This document shows, piece by piece, positions 26,067-38,796 of a stretch of DNA of 64,000 bases. A model generated the notes under the pieces. The model did no database searches, was not told the DNA's origin, and worked only from the letters and a program-made list of their open reading frames with translations. Made by a program: the position numbers and the translations under genes. How positions within the stretch are numbered: the first letter of the stretch is position 1; the number at the start of each line of letters is the position of its first letter. The DNA comes from Eledone cirrhosa (Eukaryota): assembly GCA_964016885.1 (NCBI GenBank), contig OZ024757.1, positions 18,972,001-19,036,000 on the forward strand, given 5' to 3'.

Positions 26067-26666
26067 ATATATATATATTAGAGCAAACATCACAGGTGCT
26101 CTATCCCAAAATTATTTTTGAAAAGCATTAGAAATGCGCAACCAGTAAAAACTTAAAACTAAAACTGAATACTAACCAATACTTATTACTAATTTATACT
26201 TATTCCTAATTAAACTAATTTTCACTGGGAAAAATTTGTCAGCATTTTCTTTTCCTTTTACTAATATATATATATGTATATGTGCATATAGATAGATAGA
26301 TTTTACCAAGTAGTATATATATATACATATATATATTATATATATATATATATTATATTATATATATACATATATATATTATATATATATATATATTATA
26401 TATATACATATACATATATATATTATATATAAACATATATATATATATATATGTATACACACACACATATATATACACACACATATACACATATACTTAT
26501 ACACACTTCCAGTTTCACTCAACATGGTCTCACTCAAGTCAAGCTGTTACCACTCAATAATCAATGGATGAAAATATTTCTTCTGTATCAATTCAATTGA
26601 CTTTCCCCTTGTCCCCAAAATTGTTGGCCTTGTGCCTAAATCAGAAACCATTATTGTCAATCTGAT

Positions 26667-27566
26667 GAAGGCGCATGGCATTGTGGTTAGAGCATTGGCC
26701 TTGCAATCGAAAGATTGTGAGTTCAATTCTCAGACCGGGTGATGTGTTGTTTCCTTGAGCAAGACACTTTATTTCACATTGCTCCAGTTTACTCAGCTGT
26801 AGAAATGAGATGATAGGGACTGGGGTCCCTATCATTCCACTGCAAAGTGGAGGTGTAGGTGCGATGGCAAAAAAGCACCCAGCCCACACTGCAAAGTGGT
26901 CGTGGAGGTGCCACGGCAATAAAGCACCCAGCCCACACTGCAAAGTGGTCGTGGAGGTGCCACGGCAATAAAGCACCCAGCCCACACTGCAAAGTGGTCG
27001 TGGAGGTGCCACGGCAATAAAGCACCCAGCCCACACTGCAAAGTGGTCGTGGAGGTGCCACGGCAATAAAGCACCCAGCCCACACTGCAAAGTGGTCGTG
27101 GAGGTGCCACGGCAATAAAGCACCCAGCCCACACTGCAAAGTGGTCGTGGAGGTGCCACGGCAATAAAGCACCCAGCCCACACTGCAAAGTGGTCGTGGA
27201 GGTGCCACGGCAATAAAGCACCCAGCCCACACTGCAAAGTGGTCGTGGAGGTGCCACGGCAATAAAGCACCCAGCCCACACTGCAAAGTGGTCGTGGAGG
27301 TGCCACGGCAATAAAGCACCCAGCCCACACTGCAAAGTGGTCGTGGAGGTGCCACGGCAATAAAGCACCCAGCCCACACTGCAAAGTGGTCGTGGAGGTG
27401 CCACGGCAATAAAGCACCCAGCCCACACTGCAAAGTGGTCGTGGAGGTGCCACGGCAATAAAGCACCAGCCCACACTGCAAAGTGGTCGTGGAGGTTCCA
27501 CGGCAATAAAGCACCCAGCCCACACTGCAAAGTGGTCGTGGAGGTGCCACGGCAATAAAGCACCCA
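26667..27566 (+). mobile_element. SINE family A with near-perfect 49-bp tandem array (~14 units, 26872-27566)
   Basis: tRNA head at 26667; unit AAAGCACCCAGCCCACACTGCAAAGTGGTCGTGGAGGTGCCACGGCAAT. Confidence 0.85.
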
Positions 27567-28095
27567 GTTGCGGAAGAGGTTGTATGGTGAACGAGGCTGA
27601 AAGGACTGAAGACAAACACTTCTCTCTTCGGCCAATCCCTCATCAACTTCTTCAAGTTTCAAGTGGAAAGGAAGGTGAAGGTGGAGAGAGAAGTGCTGCC
27701 CTGCACCCACCCACCCCCAGTACATTTGCTAAAAGGTGGGTGAATGTGGCGAGAATGGCCCATGTGAATGGGCCTTCTCTGACCATGCACCTATAGGCTA
27801 GCTAACTTGAGGAGAGGGGTGCTCTCCCTGGGTGCCCTAGAAGTGCAGGGTGGTTCAGGATTGGTGGGGTACCTGAGTCACCCCAGGGTCGTCCAGCCCC
27901 CTATATGGGAATTTATTTTGTTATATTTATGCATAGTTTATTTTATATTTTTTATATCTTCATTGTTAAATTAGTCTTGCCATTGTGCACTTTTACTCGA
28001 CCTTATTGTAAACCCCCCACTGTCCCTGTCTTTGTATTGTCCCCTATATGTCGGCCCTTGTGCCTAATAAATGAAATCATTATTATTATTATTAT
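27567..28095 (+). mobile_element. Tx1/L1-like LINE extreme 3' end
   Basis: FAKRWVNVARMAHVNGPSLTMHL* is homologous to the C-terminus at 52362-52620; AATAAA then (ATT)n. Confidence 0.6.
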
Positions 28096-28154
28096 TTATT
28101 TATTTTTTTTTTTTTTGTTTGCAAGAAATCAATTTAGCAACTGAGTCCTTCACT

Positions 28155-29103
28155 GCTGTGTGTGTGTGTGTAGTGTGTGGTATGTGTGTGTGTGGTATGT
28201 GTGTGTGTGGTGTAGTGCGTGTGTGTGTGGTATGTGTGTGTGTGGTGTGTATGTATTCGTGGTGTGTGCAGTGCGGTATGTATGTGTGCAGTGTGTTTGT
28301 ATGTGTGGTATGTGTGTGTGTGTGTGTGGTGTGGTGTGTTACTGGTTTGTGTGTGTGTGTGTGTGTATTTTGCAACTGAGTCCTTCAAAGTCGTGTGTGT
28401 GTGTATGTCTGTATTCTGTATATGTGTGGATCTGTGTCTGTCTGTATGTATGTGTGTATGTATGTATGTGTGTGTGTATGTGTGCCTGTCTGTGTGTGTC
28501 TGTATGTATGTATGTGTGTGTCTGTATATATGTATGTGTGCCTGTATGTGTGTGTATGTATGTGTGCCTGTGTATGTATGTATGTATGTATGTGTGTGTC
28601 TGTATATATGTATGTGTGCCTGTATGTGTGTGTATGTATGTGTGCCTGTGTGTGTATGTATGTATGTGTGTGTCTGTATGTATGTATGTATGTGTGCCTG
28701 TATGTGTATATGTATGTGTGTGTCTGTATGTGTGCATGTGTGTGTCTGTATGTATGTGTGTGTCTATATATGTATGTGTGCCTGTATGTGTGTATGTATG
28801 TGTGCCTGTATGTGTGTGTCTGTATGTATGTGTGTGAGGTAGAGAGGGAGAGAGACAGAGATAGAGAGGCTAAGAAAGAGAGAGTGTGAGACAAGATAAG
28901 ATGAATTGAATAATAGTCTTTTTCTTTGTCTTCTCTGTCACCCTCACCTCTCTACCTTCTCTCTCTCTTTCTCTCACACTCTCCCCGTCTCTCTTTCTCT
29001 CACACTCTCCCTGTCTCTCTTCCTATCTTTTCCTCTCTATATATATATATCTCTGGCTCTCTCTTGCACACACTTTCTCCCTCTCAGTGTTGTTGGTGGA
29101 GGT

Positions 29104-29179
<76 letters not shown>

Positions 29180-29650
29180 TCTCTGTCTCTCTTTGACTCT
29201 CTCTCTCACTATCTCTCACTCTATCTCTCACTCTATCTCTCTATCTCTCTCTCTGTCTCTTTGGCTCTCTCTATCTCTCTCTGTCTCTTTGGTTCTCTCT
29301 ATCTCTCTCTGTCTCTTTGGCCTTCTCTATCTCTCTCTCTCTGTCTCTTTGGCTCTCTCTCTCTATCTCTCTCTCTCTGTCTCTTTGGCTCTCTCTCTCT
29401 CTCTATCTCTTTGGCTCACTCTCTTTCTCTATCTCTTTGGCTCTCTCTCTATCTCTCACCCTCTCTCTTCTCTCACTCTCTCTATCTCTCTCTCACCCTC
29501 TCTATCTCTCTCTCACCCTCTCTATCTCTCTCTCTCTCCCTCTCTCTCTATCTATCTCTCTCACCCTCACTCTCTATCTCTCTCTCTCACCCTCACTCAC
29601 TCTTTCTCTCTATCTATCTCACCCTCTCTCACCATCTCACCCTCTCTCTC
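28155..29650. repeat. (TG/TATG)n followed by (CT)n microsatellite fields
   Basis: Direct reading. Confidence 0.95.
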
Positions 29651-29957
29651 TCAGTGTTGTTGCTGGTGTCAGTGGAGGTGTTGGAGGTGTCAGTCTTACT
29701 TTAAACTTTAATATAATCAAATTCTACGGTACAACAGCTTGACATTACTTCACGCTACCAATTCTACCACTGGTCTCTGTCACTAGACCACGGCCATGCT
29801 AGGGCACCGCCTTGAAGGGATTTCAGTCGACCATGTCTACCCCGCTCCCAGTATTTATTTCTATATCATGTCTGCTACTTATTTTATCGATGTCTTCTTG
29901 CCGAACCGCTAAGCCACAGGATATAATACTGAAACAGAGACAGACATAATATATATA

Positions 29958-30001
<44 letters not shown>

Positions 30002-30122
30002 CATATACACATACATACACATATATATATATATATATACACATACACATACATACATATACATACATACATACACACACACATATATATATATATATAC
30101 ATACACATATATACATATACAT

Positions 30123-30153
<31 letters not shown>

Positions 30154-30347
30154 CATACACACACATACACACATATATATATATAGATACATACGTACAT
30201 ATATTTATATCTATACACATACATAACACATATATGTATGTCATCATCATCACTTTAATCTCCATTTTTCCATGTAGCATGGGTTAGACGAGTTGCCTCA
30301 TTGTGAAACAAGCCAGGTCAGGTGTATATATATACACACACACATAT

Positions 30348-30390
<43 letters not shown>

Positions 30391-30501
30391 ATCGGCGTTC
30401 ATCCCTCTCATATATTCAATTGTATTACACGGATCAGAAAGATTCCCTTCTTCGAGCTATTTAGTTGTAAAAGACTATTTTGAGTTTCTAACTCAATCTA
30501 T

Positions 30502-30572
<71 letters not shown>

Positions 30573-31305
30573 TTAATATAGAAAAGGCTTCTACAGGACT
30601 AGAACTGTTTCAATCAGGAGAAATCAACACACATATAAAAACATATAAAACATATATATATATATATGAAAATAATATAAAAATTGGTAGTGTGTATTCA
30701 TATATATATGTGTGTTTGTGTGTATTCATATATATATATGTGTTTGTGTGAGTGTGTGTACCTTCTGAACTGTGATATTCACATAAGAGGTAGGTGGAGA
30801 AGTTAAGACATATATATATATACACACACACACACATGTATATATATATATATATATATATATACACTCGTCAGGCCTCTGTAGATTTCATTTCCAAAAT
30901 GTCACTTCCACGGCCGGCCTAAGCTAACCCAAGTCTGTAGTATAGTATTGCAGAAGACACATCAAGTTGTATCACGCAGTGAGGATTGAACTGGAGACCC
31001 TGTAGTTGCTGACCAAACCTTTTAACCAACTCACCCATAGCTCTCTCTACGTATTAAAACAATACTAATAATACCACTACTTCTATTAATGCTAATAATG
31101 CTTTCTTTATTAACCACAAGGGTTTACACAAAGTAAGACATTAAGGACAGTACGGGACAATACAGGACGGTACTAATGGGCATTTCTGCGTGTAAAAAAA
31201 AACAAAAAAAAAACAGAGGATAATAATAATAATAATAATAATAATAATTGTTTCTACTTTTAGCACAAGGCTAGCAATTATCCCAGTGTATTACTGGTAC
31301 TTTAT

Positions 31306-31342
<37 letters not shown>

Positions 31343-31529
31343 TTTCTTTATTAGCCATACAGGGTTCACTATAAGGAAACATTAAAGACGGTACAGGACC
31401 ATAGAGCGTGGGGGGGTTTTTTGGTGTGTAAAATAAATGATTTCATTTATTGGCCACAAGGGCAGACATTTAGGGGACAATATAATAGAAAGGGACAGTG
31501 GGGTGTTTACATGCAATCGAGTAATGATT

Positions 31530-32290
31530 TTTTTTTATTATTGGCCACAAGGGCTGACACATAGGGGACAGTACAATACACGGATTCCTTTATTACTGGC
31601 GAGAAGGGCTGACACATAGGGGACAGTACAATACACGGATTCCTTTATTACTGGCGAGAAGGGCTGACACATAGGGGACAGTACAATACACGGATTCCTT
31701 TATTACTGGCGAGAAGGGCTGACACATAGGGGACAGTACAATAGACGGGTTCCTTTATTACTGGCGAGAAGGGCTGACACATAGGGTACAGTACAATAGA
31801 CGGGTTCCTTTATTACTGGCGAGAAGGGCTGACACATAGGGGACAGTACAATAGACAGATGTCTTTATTGGCCACAAGGGCTGACACATAGGGGACAGTA
31901 CAATAGACGGGTTCCTTTATTACTGGCGAGAAGGGCTGACACATAGGGGACAGTACAATAGACAGATTTCTTTATTAGCCAAAAGGGCTGACACATAGGG
32001 GACAGTACAATAGACGGGTTCCTTTATTACTGGCGAGAAGGGCTGACACATAGGGGACAGTACAATAGACAGATTTCTTTATTAGCCACAAGGGCTGACA
32101 CATAGGGGACAGTACAATAGACGGGTTCCTTTATTACTGGCGAGAAGGGCTAACACATAGGGGACAGTACAATAGACAGATTCCTTTATTGGCGAGAAGG
32201 GCTGACACATAGGGGACAGTACAATAGACGGGTTCCTTTATTATTGGCCACAAGGGCCGGTATATAGGGTACAATACAATAGACGGGGAC
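31530..32290 (-). repeat. 52-55-bp tandem array built from a Tx1-like LINE 3' terminus
   Basis: Unit TTCCTTTATTACTGGCGAGAAGGGCTGACACATAGGGGACAGTACAATAGACGG; its reverse complement matches LINE ends at 28020-28075 and 21455-21480. Confidence 0.75.
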
Positions 32291-32449
32291 AGTGGGGTGG
32301 TTTACAATAGAATTGAGTGAAAATACACAACAAAAAGAAACCAATTTAAGAATGAAAAAAATAGAAAAAATATATAAAAATAGGAAAAAATAGAAGAAAA
32401 AAAAATAATATAAAAATAAGAAAAATAATAATAATAATAATAATAATAA

Positions 32450-32723
32450 TGTTTTCTTTATTAACCACAAGGGTTCACATAAAGTAGACATTAAGGACAG
32501 TACAGGACAATACAGGACGGTACAAATGGGCATTTCTGCGTGTAAAAAAACAGAGGTTGAAATAAAATAACAAAGAAAAATTCCCCAATAGGGGGGAGAC
32601 TTCCAAGGGACATTTGTGGAGAAAGCCCATTAAAAGACCACAGTGGCCCTGACCACCAGGGCATACTCAGAGAAGGCCCATTCATTCGGGCCATACTTGC
32701 TTCTCTCACCCATCTTTCAACAA

Positions 32724-32724
<1 letters not shown>
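32450..32724 (-). mobile_element. Tx1/L1-like LINE 3' end between (TAA)n tracts
   Basis: Nearly identical to 52118-52435 apart from a ~50-bp deletion. Confidence 0.75.
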
Positions 32725-32754
<30 letters not shown>

Positions 32755-33027
32755 GAAACGAAACAGGAAATTAAAACAACGAAAACGAAACTTCTTTCGG
32801 AATGATTCCTTGTATATATTTCTAACGTGGATTTAGCTGACTTGACAAAAAGATAAGGAGAGGGTGGTGGAGGTGAAAGGGATTGATTGTTCCTCCTCCT
32901 TCCGGAGTTTCCCTTTTTATTTATTTGTTTATTTGTTTGTTTGGTTTTTTGTTTATTTTATTCATTTTGTGGTCATGGTGGTGTATATTATTTTTTTGGG
33001 GTCAGATGTGTGTATTTTAGAGGAATT

Positions 33028-33098
<71 letters not shown>

Positions 33099-33397
33099 TT
33101 ATATATATATATAAAATATAGTATATTATATATATACATTTATATATATATATAAAATATAGTATATTATATATATATACATATATAAAATATAGTATAT
33201 TATATATATATGCATTTATATATATATATAAAATATAGTATATTATATATATATAAAATATAGTATATTATATATATATATATACATTTATATATCTATA
33301 AAATATAGTATATTATATATATACATATATAAAATACAGTATATTATATATATACATATATATATATAAATAAAATATAGTATATCATATATATATC

Positions 33398-33430
<33 letters not shown>

Positions 33431-33444
33431 AAATTTAGTATATT

Positions 33445-33527
<83 letters not shown>

Positions 33528-33880
33528 GGATTTGACCAGTTTTAAACTAATAAGTCAGACCATTATTCAACAGAGTACTCAATACTTTGGATAGCAGAGA
33601 ATATATATATATATATATATGCAGTTCATATATCTTAGACACAGATAATAACTGTAAATACAGTTGGTTGCTATAGATAGCTTAGAAAATTGACTGAAGT
33701 CCCCTTATAGACTGGAAAAAAGGGACCAGTAGTCAATATGAAGAAACAAACTATGTATCTTTCATATCTTCTTAAATAAATATATATATATAATTGTATA
33801 TATAAATATATATATAATTATATATATAATTATATATATATAAATATATATATATAATTATATATATATATATATATATA

Positions 33881-33938
<58 letters not shown>

Positions 33939-34188
33939 GACATTCGATCGATTTTTCATCAAATCTTTCCAATTGCTAGTACTATCTATCAGTCGCAACT
34001 CCAGGTAGAAGGAGCAACGGGAAATAAAGTGTCTTGCTCAAGGACATAACGCATCGCCTGGTCCAGGAATCAAACTCACATCCTCACAACTTTATATATA
34101 TATAGTTGTGTGATTGGAACGCAGAATATATATATATTACATTTTTTAAGGGTATGTCAATATTTATTTATAAAACTAACCTATATTA

Positions 34189-34254
34189 TATTTTATCTGA
34201 TGAAAGCGCACCATAGTTTGCTCTGGTGGCCCTTGAAATATGTATAATGAAATA
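34189..34254 (+). ncRNA. Type I hammerhead ribozyme motif
   Basis: UAUUUUAU-CUGAUGA-AAGCGCACCA...UGGUGGCCCUU-GAAA-UAUGUA-UA^AUGAAAUA; degenerate paralog at ~25325-25385. Confidence 0.65.
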
Positions 34255-34472
34255 AATATGGTTTTATAAATATAGTTTCCATTTGTTAATATATTGTATA
34301 TTTACTCCAATAATTTGTTGAGTGCTTTATATCAGTTATAAAAACATTTTGCTTGTTGTATCCCAACAAATTAAATATAACCTCTACATATATATATATA
34401 TATATATATGTCCCAAGGCTCTGATACCATCAACACTATAAACACAGAGCTGGCATATCTAAGAACTGACTA

Positions 34473-34528
34473 ACTGCCTGATGAGGTCATAGCCATTCAA
34501 TGGCTATCATTGAAATATATATAGCAGT
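34473..34528 (+). ncRNA. Type I hammerhead ribozyme motif
   Basis: ACUGC-CUGAUGA-GGUc AUAGCCAU uca AUGGCUAU cAUU-GAAA-UAUAUA-UA^GCAGU; perfect stem I. Confidence 0.75.
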
Positions 34529-34707
34529 AAATAAAGTATTATGAGTTCATGCAATTGACTTATGTTTCGTCACTATATATATATATATATAAACTCATAC
34601 ACATTTGTGTATATATATTTATATAGATATAGATATATAAATGTTTTTAATTAAACATACAGTATATTGCCAAATATACTATACATACATTCATATATGT
34701 ATATATA

Positions 34708-34749
<42 letters not shown>

Positions 34750-34812
34750 TGCTCGTTATTGTATTGATTCTACACTAATTAAACTAGAATTCTGTTGACA
34801 TTTAAACAGTTT

Positions 34813-34858
<46 letters not shown>

Positions 34859-34924
34859 CAGAGTGTGTATATGTTTATATATGGGTATATAATCAAATAT
34901 ATATGTGCATATATGTATATGTGA

Positions 34925-34968
<44 letters not shown>

Positions 34969-35078
34969 GTATATAATCAAATATATATGTGCATATATGT
35001 ATATGTGTATACATGTATATATATATATATATATATGGGTATATAATCAAATATATATGTGCATATATGTATATGTGT

Positions 35079-35111
<33 letters not shown>

Positions 35112-35391
35112 GGCATATAATCAAATATATATGTGCATATATGTATATGTGTATACATGTATATATATATATATGGGTATATAATCAAATATATATGTGC
35201 ATATATGTATGTGTATCAGGGTATGTATATGTAGATACACGTGTGTGTATATATATATATATGTGTGTATATAAACGTGTATGTTTTAATTATTCAATAA
35301 TGACAGTAAGCTATTATTTCTGTATAATGGACCAAAGAATTCTGCTTGGATGAGAACTGCAATATTTCTTGCATTATATAACAATTATTGG

Positions 35392-35466
<75 letters not shown>

Positions 35467-35531
35467 TACTACTACTACTACTATTACTACTACTACTACT
35501 ACCACTACTACTACTACTACTACCACTACTA

Positions 35532-35565
<34 letters not shown>

Positions 35566-35601
35566 CACTACTAATACTACCACTACTACTACCACTACTA
35601 T

Positions 35602-35646
<45 letters not shown>

Positions 35647-35711
35647 CACTACTACTTCTACTACTACTACTACCACTACTACTACTACTACTACTACTTC
35701 TACTACTACTA

Positions 35712-35744
<33 letters not shown>

Positions 35745-36277
35745 ATACTACCACTACTACTACCACTACTATTACTACTACTACTACTACCACTACTACC
35801 ACCACTATTACCACCACTACTACTACTATTACTACTACCACCACCACTACTATTACCACCACCACTACTACTACCACTACTACCACCACCACTACTACTA
35901 CTACCACTACCACTACTTCTACTACTACCTGCACCACTACCACCACTATTACCACCACCACTACTACTACTACTACTATTACTACTACCACCACTACTAC
36001 CACCACCACCACCACCACTACTACCACCACCACCACTACTACCACCACTATCATTACTACTACTACTACCACTACTACTACTACTTCTACCACCACTACT
36101 ATTACCACCACCACTACTATTACTACTACCACTACTACTACCACCACCACCACCACTACTACTACTATTACCACTACTAGTACTACTACTACTACTACTA
36201 CCTGCACCGCTACCACCACTACTATTACCACCAACACTACTACTATTATTACTACCACCACCACTACTACTACCACC

Positions 36278-36345
<68 letters not shown>

Positions 36346-36727
36346 CTGTACCACTACCACCACTATTACCACCACTACTACTACTATTACTACTACCACC
36401 ACTACTACTACTACCACCACCACCACTACTACCACCACTACGACTACTACTACTACTACCACCACTACTATTACCACCACCACTACTACTACTATTATTA
36501 CCACCACCACTACTACCACCACCACCACTACTACTACTATTACTACTACCACTACTACTACTACCACCACCACCACTACTTCTACTACTACCGCTACCAC
36601 TACTACTACTACTATTACTACTACCACTACTACCACCACCACTACTACTACTGCTACTACTACCACTACTACTACTACTACTACTACCACTACTACTACT
36701 ACTACTACCACTACCACTACTACTACT
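35392..36727. repeat. (TAC/CAC)n trinucleotide tract, 1.3 kb
   Basis: Explains the poly-T/V/L ORFs. Confidence 0.95.
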
Positions 36728-37013
36728 TTGCTCATTTCCTGTGAGATTCTACTGTATCACCTGGTTCACCTCTGTTACTGAGGGGTGAGCAGCAGTGTGT
36801 TCTTATGATAGTGAGGGAGAGAGAGAGAGAGGTAGTGTGAGAGAGAGAGAGAGGTAGTGTCTGAGAGGGAGAGAGAGAGAGAGAGGTAGTGTGTGAGAGG
36901 GAGAGAGAGAGATGGGTATAAATTCTTCCTGTTACGGCATCAGTTGTGTTTTCTTGTAGAATTTAGAATCTAGTGTTTGACATTTCTATTTGCTCTGTCG
37001 TTGTTATTATTGT

Positions 37014-37053
<40 letters not shown>

Positions 37054-37599
37054 GTTACTACTATACCTAACTTAATAGGCAGTGCCCGAATTTCTACCAT
37101 CACCAGCACTACCAGAATCCTCCACGAAATATTGACTCTCTCAGGTCAGAGTCTGACCTGAGGCCAATTAATATGTTTCACCTAGCAACAGGTTGCTAGA
37201 GAAACCTATTGTTATTATTATTGTTGTTATTACTACTACTACTACCATACTGGGTTGGTGGATTACTTCCTAAGTTTACCTCGTACCAAACCATAATATT
37301 AACTCTTTAATTTCTTCTGTGAATCAACAGGTGGTTGGGTTAGGTGGGTACAGGGTTAAGAAGTAATTAAAAAAGAAACTAATAATACTTAACTACCACA
37401 AACACACACGCCATCTTGTGTTTCATATTTATTATTCTTAAATTTGTTTGTTATCTGTTTTATTATTAGTGAGTTCCCTATATATATTTACATATTTATT
37501 ATAATCATTTATAGATTTAAAAAAAAAATATTTTTGTTTTTGCTGTCACTTTCCCTGGTATGAACAAAATCGAAATATTTAATTTTCTGTATAGTATAG

Positions 37600-38165
37600 T
37601 TACTATCGTATAGCTACTTTATAGTATAACTACTTTATAATAAAAATACTTTGTAATATAATTATTTTATAACATAACTATTTTATGATATAACTACTTT
37701 ATTATATGACTACTCTATATTGTAGCTTCATTACATTCTAAGTACTTTATATTATAGGTACTTAATATTAGAGCTACATTATATTATAATTACTTAATAT
37801 TTAACTACTTTATATTATAGCTACTTTATATTATAACTCCTTTATATTACAACTACATTACATTATAAGCACTTTATATTATAACTATTTAATATTATAA
37901 CTACTTTATATTATAACTACTTTATATTATAACTACTTTATATTATAACTACTTAATATTATAGCTATATTATATTATGACTACTTTATATTATAGCTAC
38001 ATTACATTATAAGTACTTTATCTTTTATCCACTTTATGGTATATCTTTATAAAATAAGTACTTTATAATATAGCTACATTATAATACAACTACTCTATAG
38101 TGTCGCTCCTTTCTATAGCTACTTGTCAGTATAGGTTCTTTATAACATAGTTACTTCATAATAAC
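37600..38165. repeat. Degenerate ~17-18-bp AT-rich minisatellite
   Basis: ACTACTTTATATTATA units. Confidence 0.85.
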
Positions 38166-38326
38166 TTACGGGAATACTGACATACAACATAACACAAAAT
38201 TATGCTTTTGTTTTCACCGAGCCTGCGACCCTGTCTTTCTATAAAGCCTGACTTTAGTAAATTTTAACGTTGAAAATATTTCCATTTGATAAATATTTTG
38301 TTAACGACACAAACAAAAGTTGCACC

Positions 38327-38477
38327 ATGGGAAACAACAAACCTTTGTTGGATATATCTGTGGCTAATTGTTTCTTATGCTGTGGGGCTAGGAGTGGTAA
38401 TTTATCACCCCACAAGCATAAACTCAATAATACTTTACCATTCACAATTAGGAGTCTTATGAGAGCTAGACATCCAG
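38327..38477 (+). CDS. Candidate first coding exon, unknown protein (MGNNKPLLDISVANCFLCCGARSG...MRARHP)
   Basis: CACCATGG Kozak context, open frame in unique sequence, CAG|GTGAGA donor, phase 1. Confidence 0.5.
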
Positions 38478-38796
38478 GTGAGAATTTGCGTTTTTTTCTT
38501 TCTTCTTTTTTACTATCAACAACAACAATATCATCATTGTCATCATCATCACTGTCATCATCATTGTCATCATCATCAACACTGTCATCATCATCATCAT
38601 TTTTATGTTTGTTTTTTCCACGCATGAATTTGTTTATTTTATTTTATTTTATTTATTTATTATTTTTTGTTTGTTTTTACATTTTGAAAAAAAAACTTTT
38701 TTAATTACGGATTCTGAAAATATGTTAAATTACAATAAGCTATGTCATTTTTTTTTTTTTTTTTTTTCAATATGAAACAAGACAAAGACTCTAAAC

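Noticed and set aside
26662-26670. CTGATGA core
   Set aside because: Chance junction with a SINE head; no stems
26641-27725. Three overlapping ~300-aa ORFs
   Set aside because: Produced by a stop-free 49-bp tandem unit
33936-33970. UUGAUGA...GAAUGUC hammerhead-like string on the minus strand
   Set aside because: Both core strands are altered and there is no stem I
35369-36788. Poly-Thr/Val/Leu ORFs (mucin-like)
   Set aside because: (TAC/CAC)n microsatellite, open in several frames on both strands
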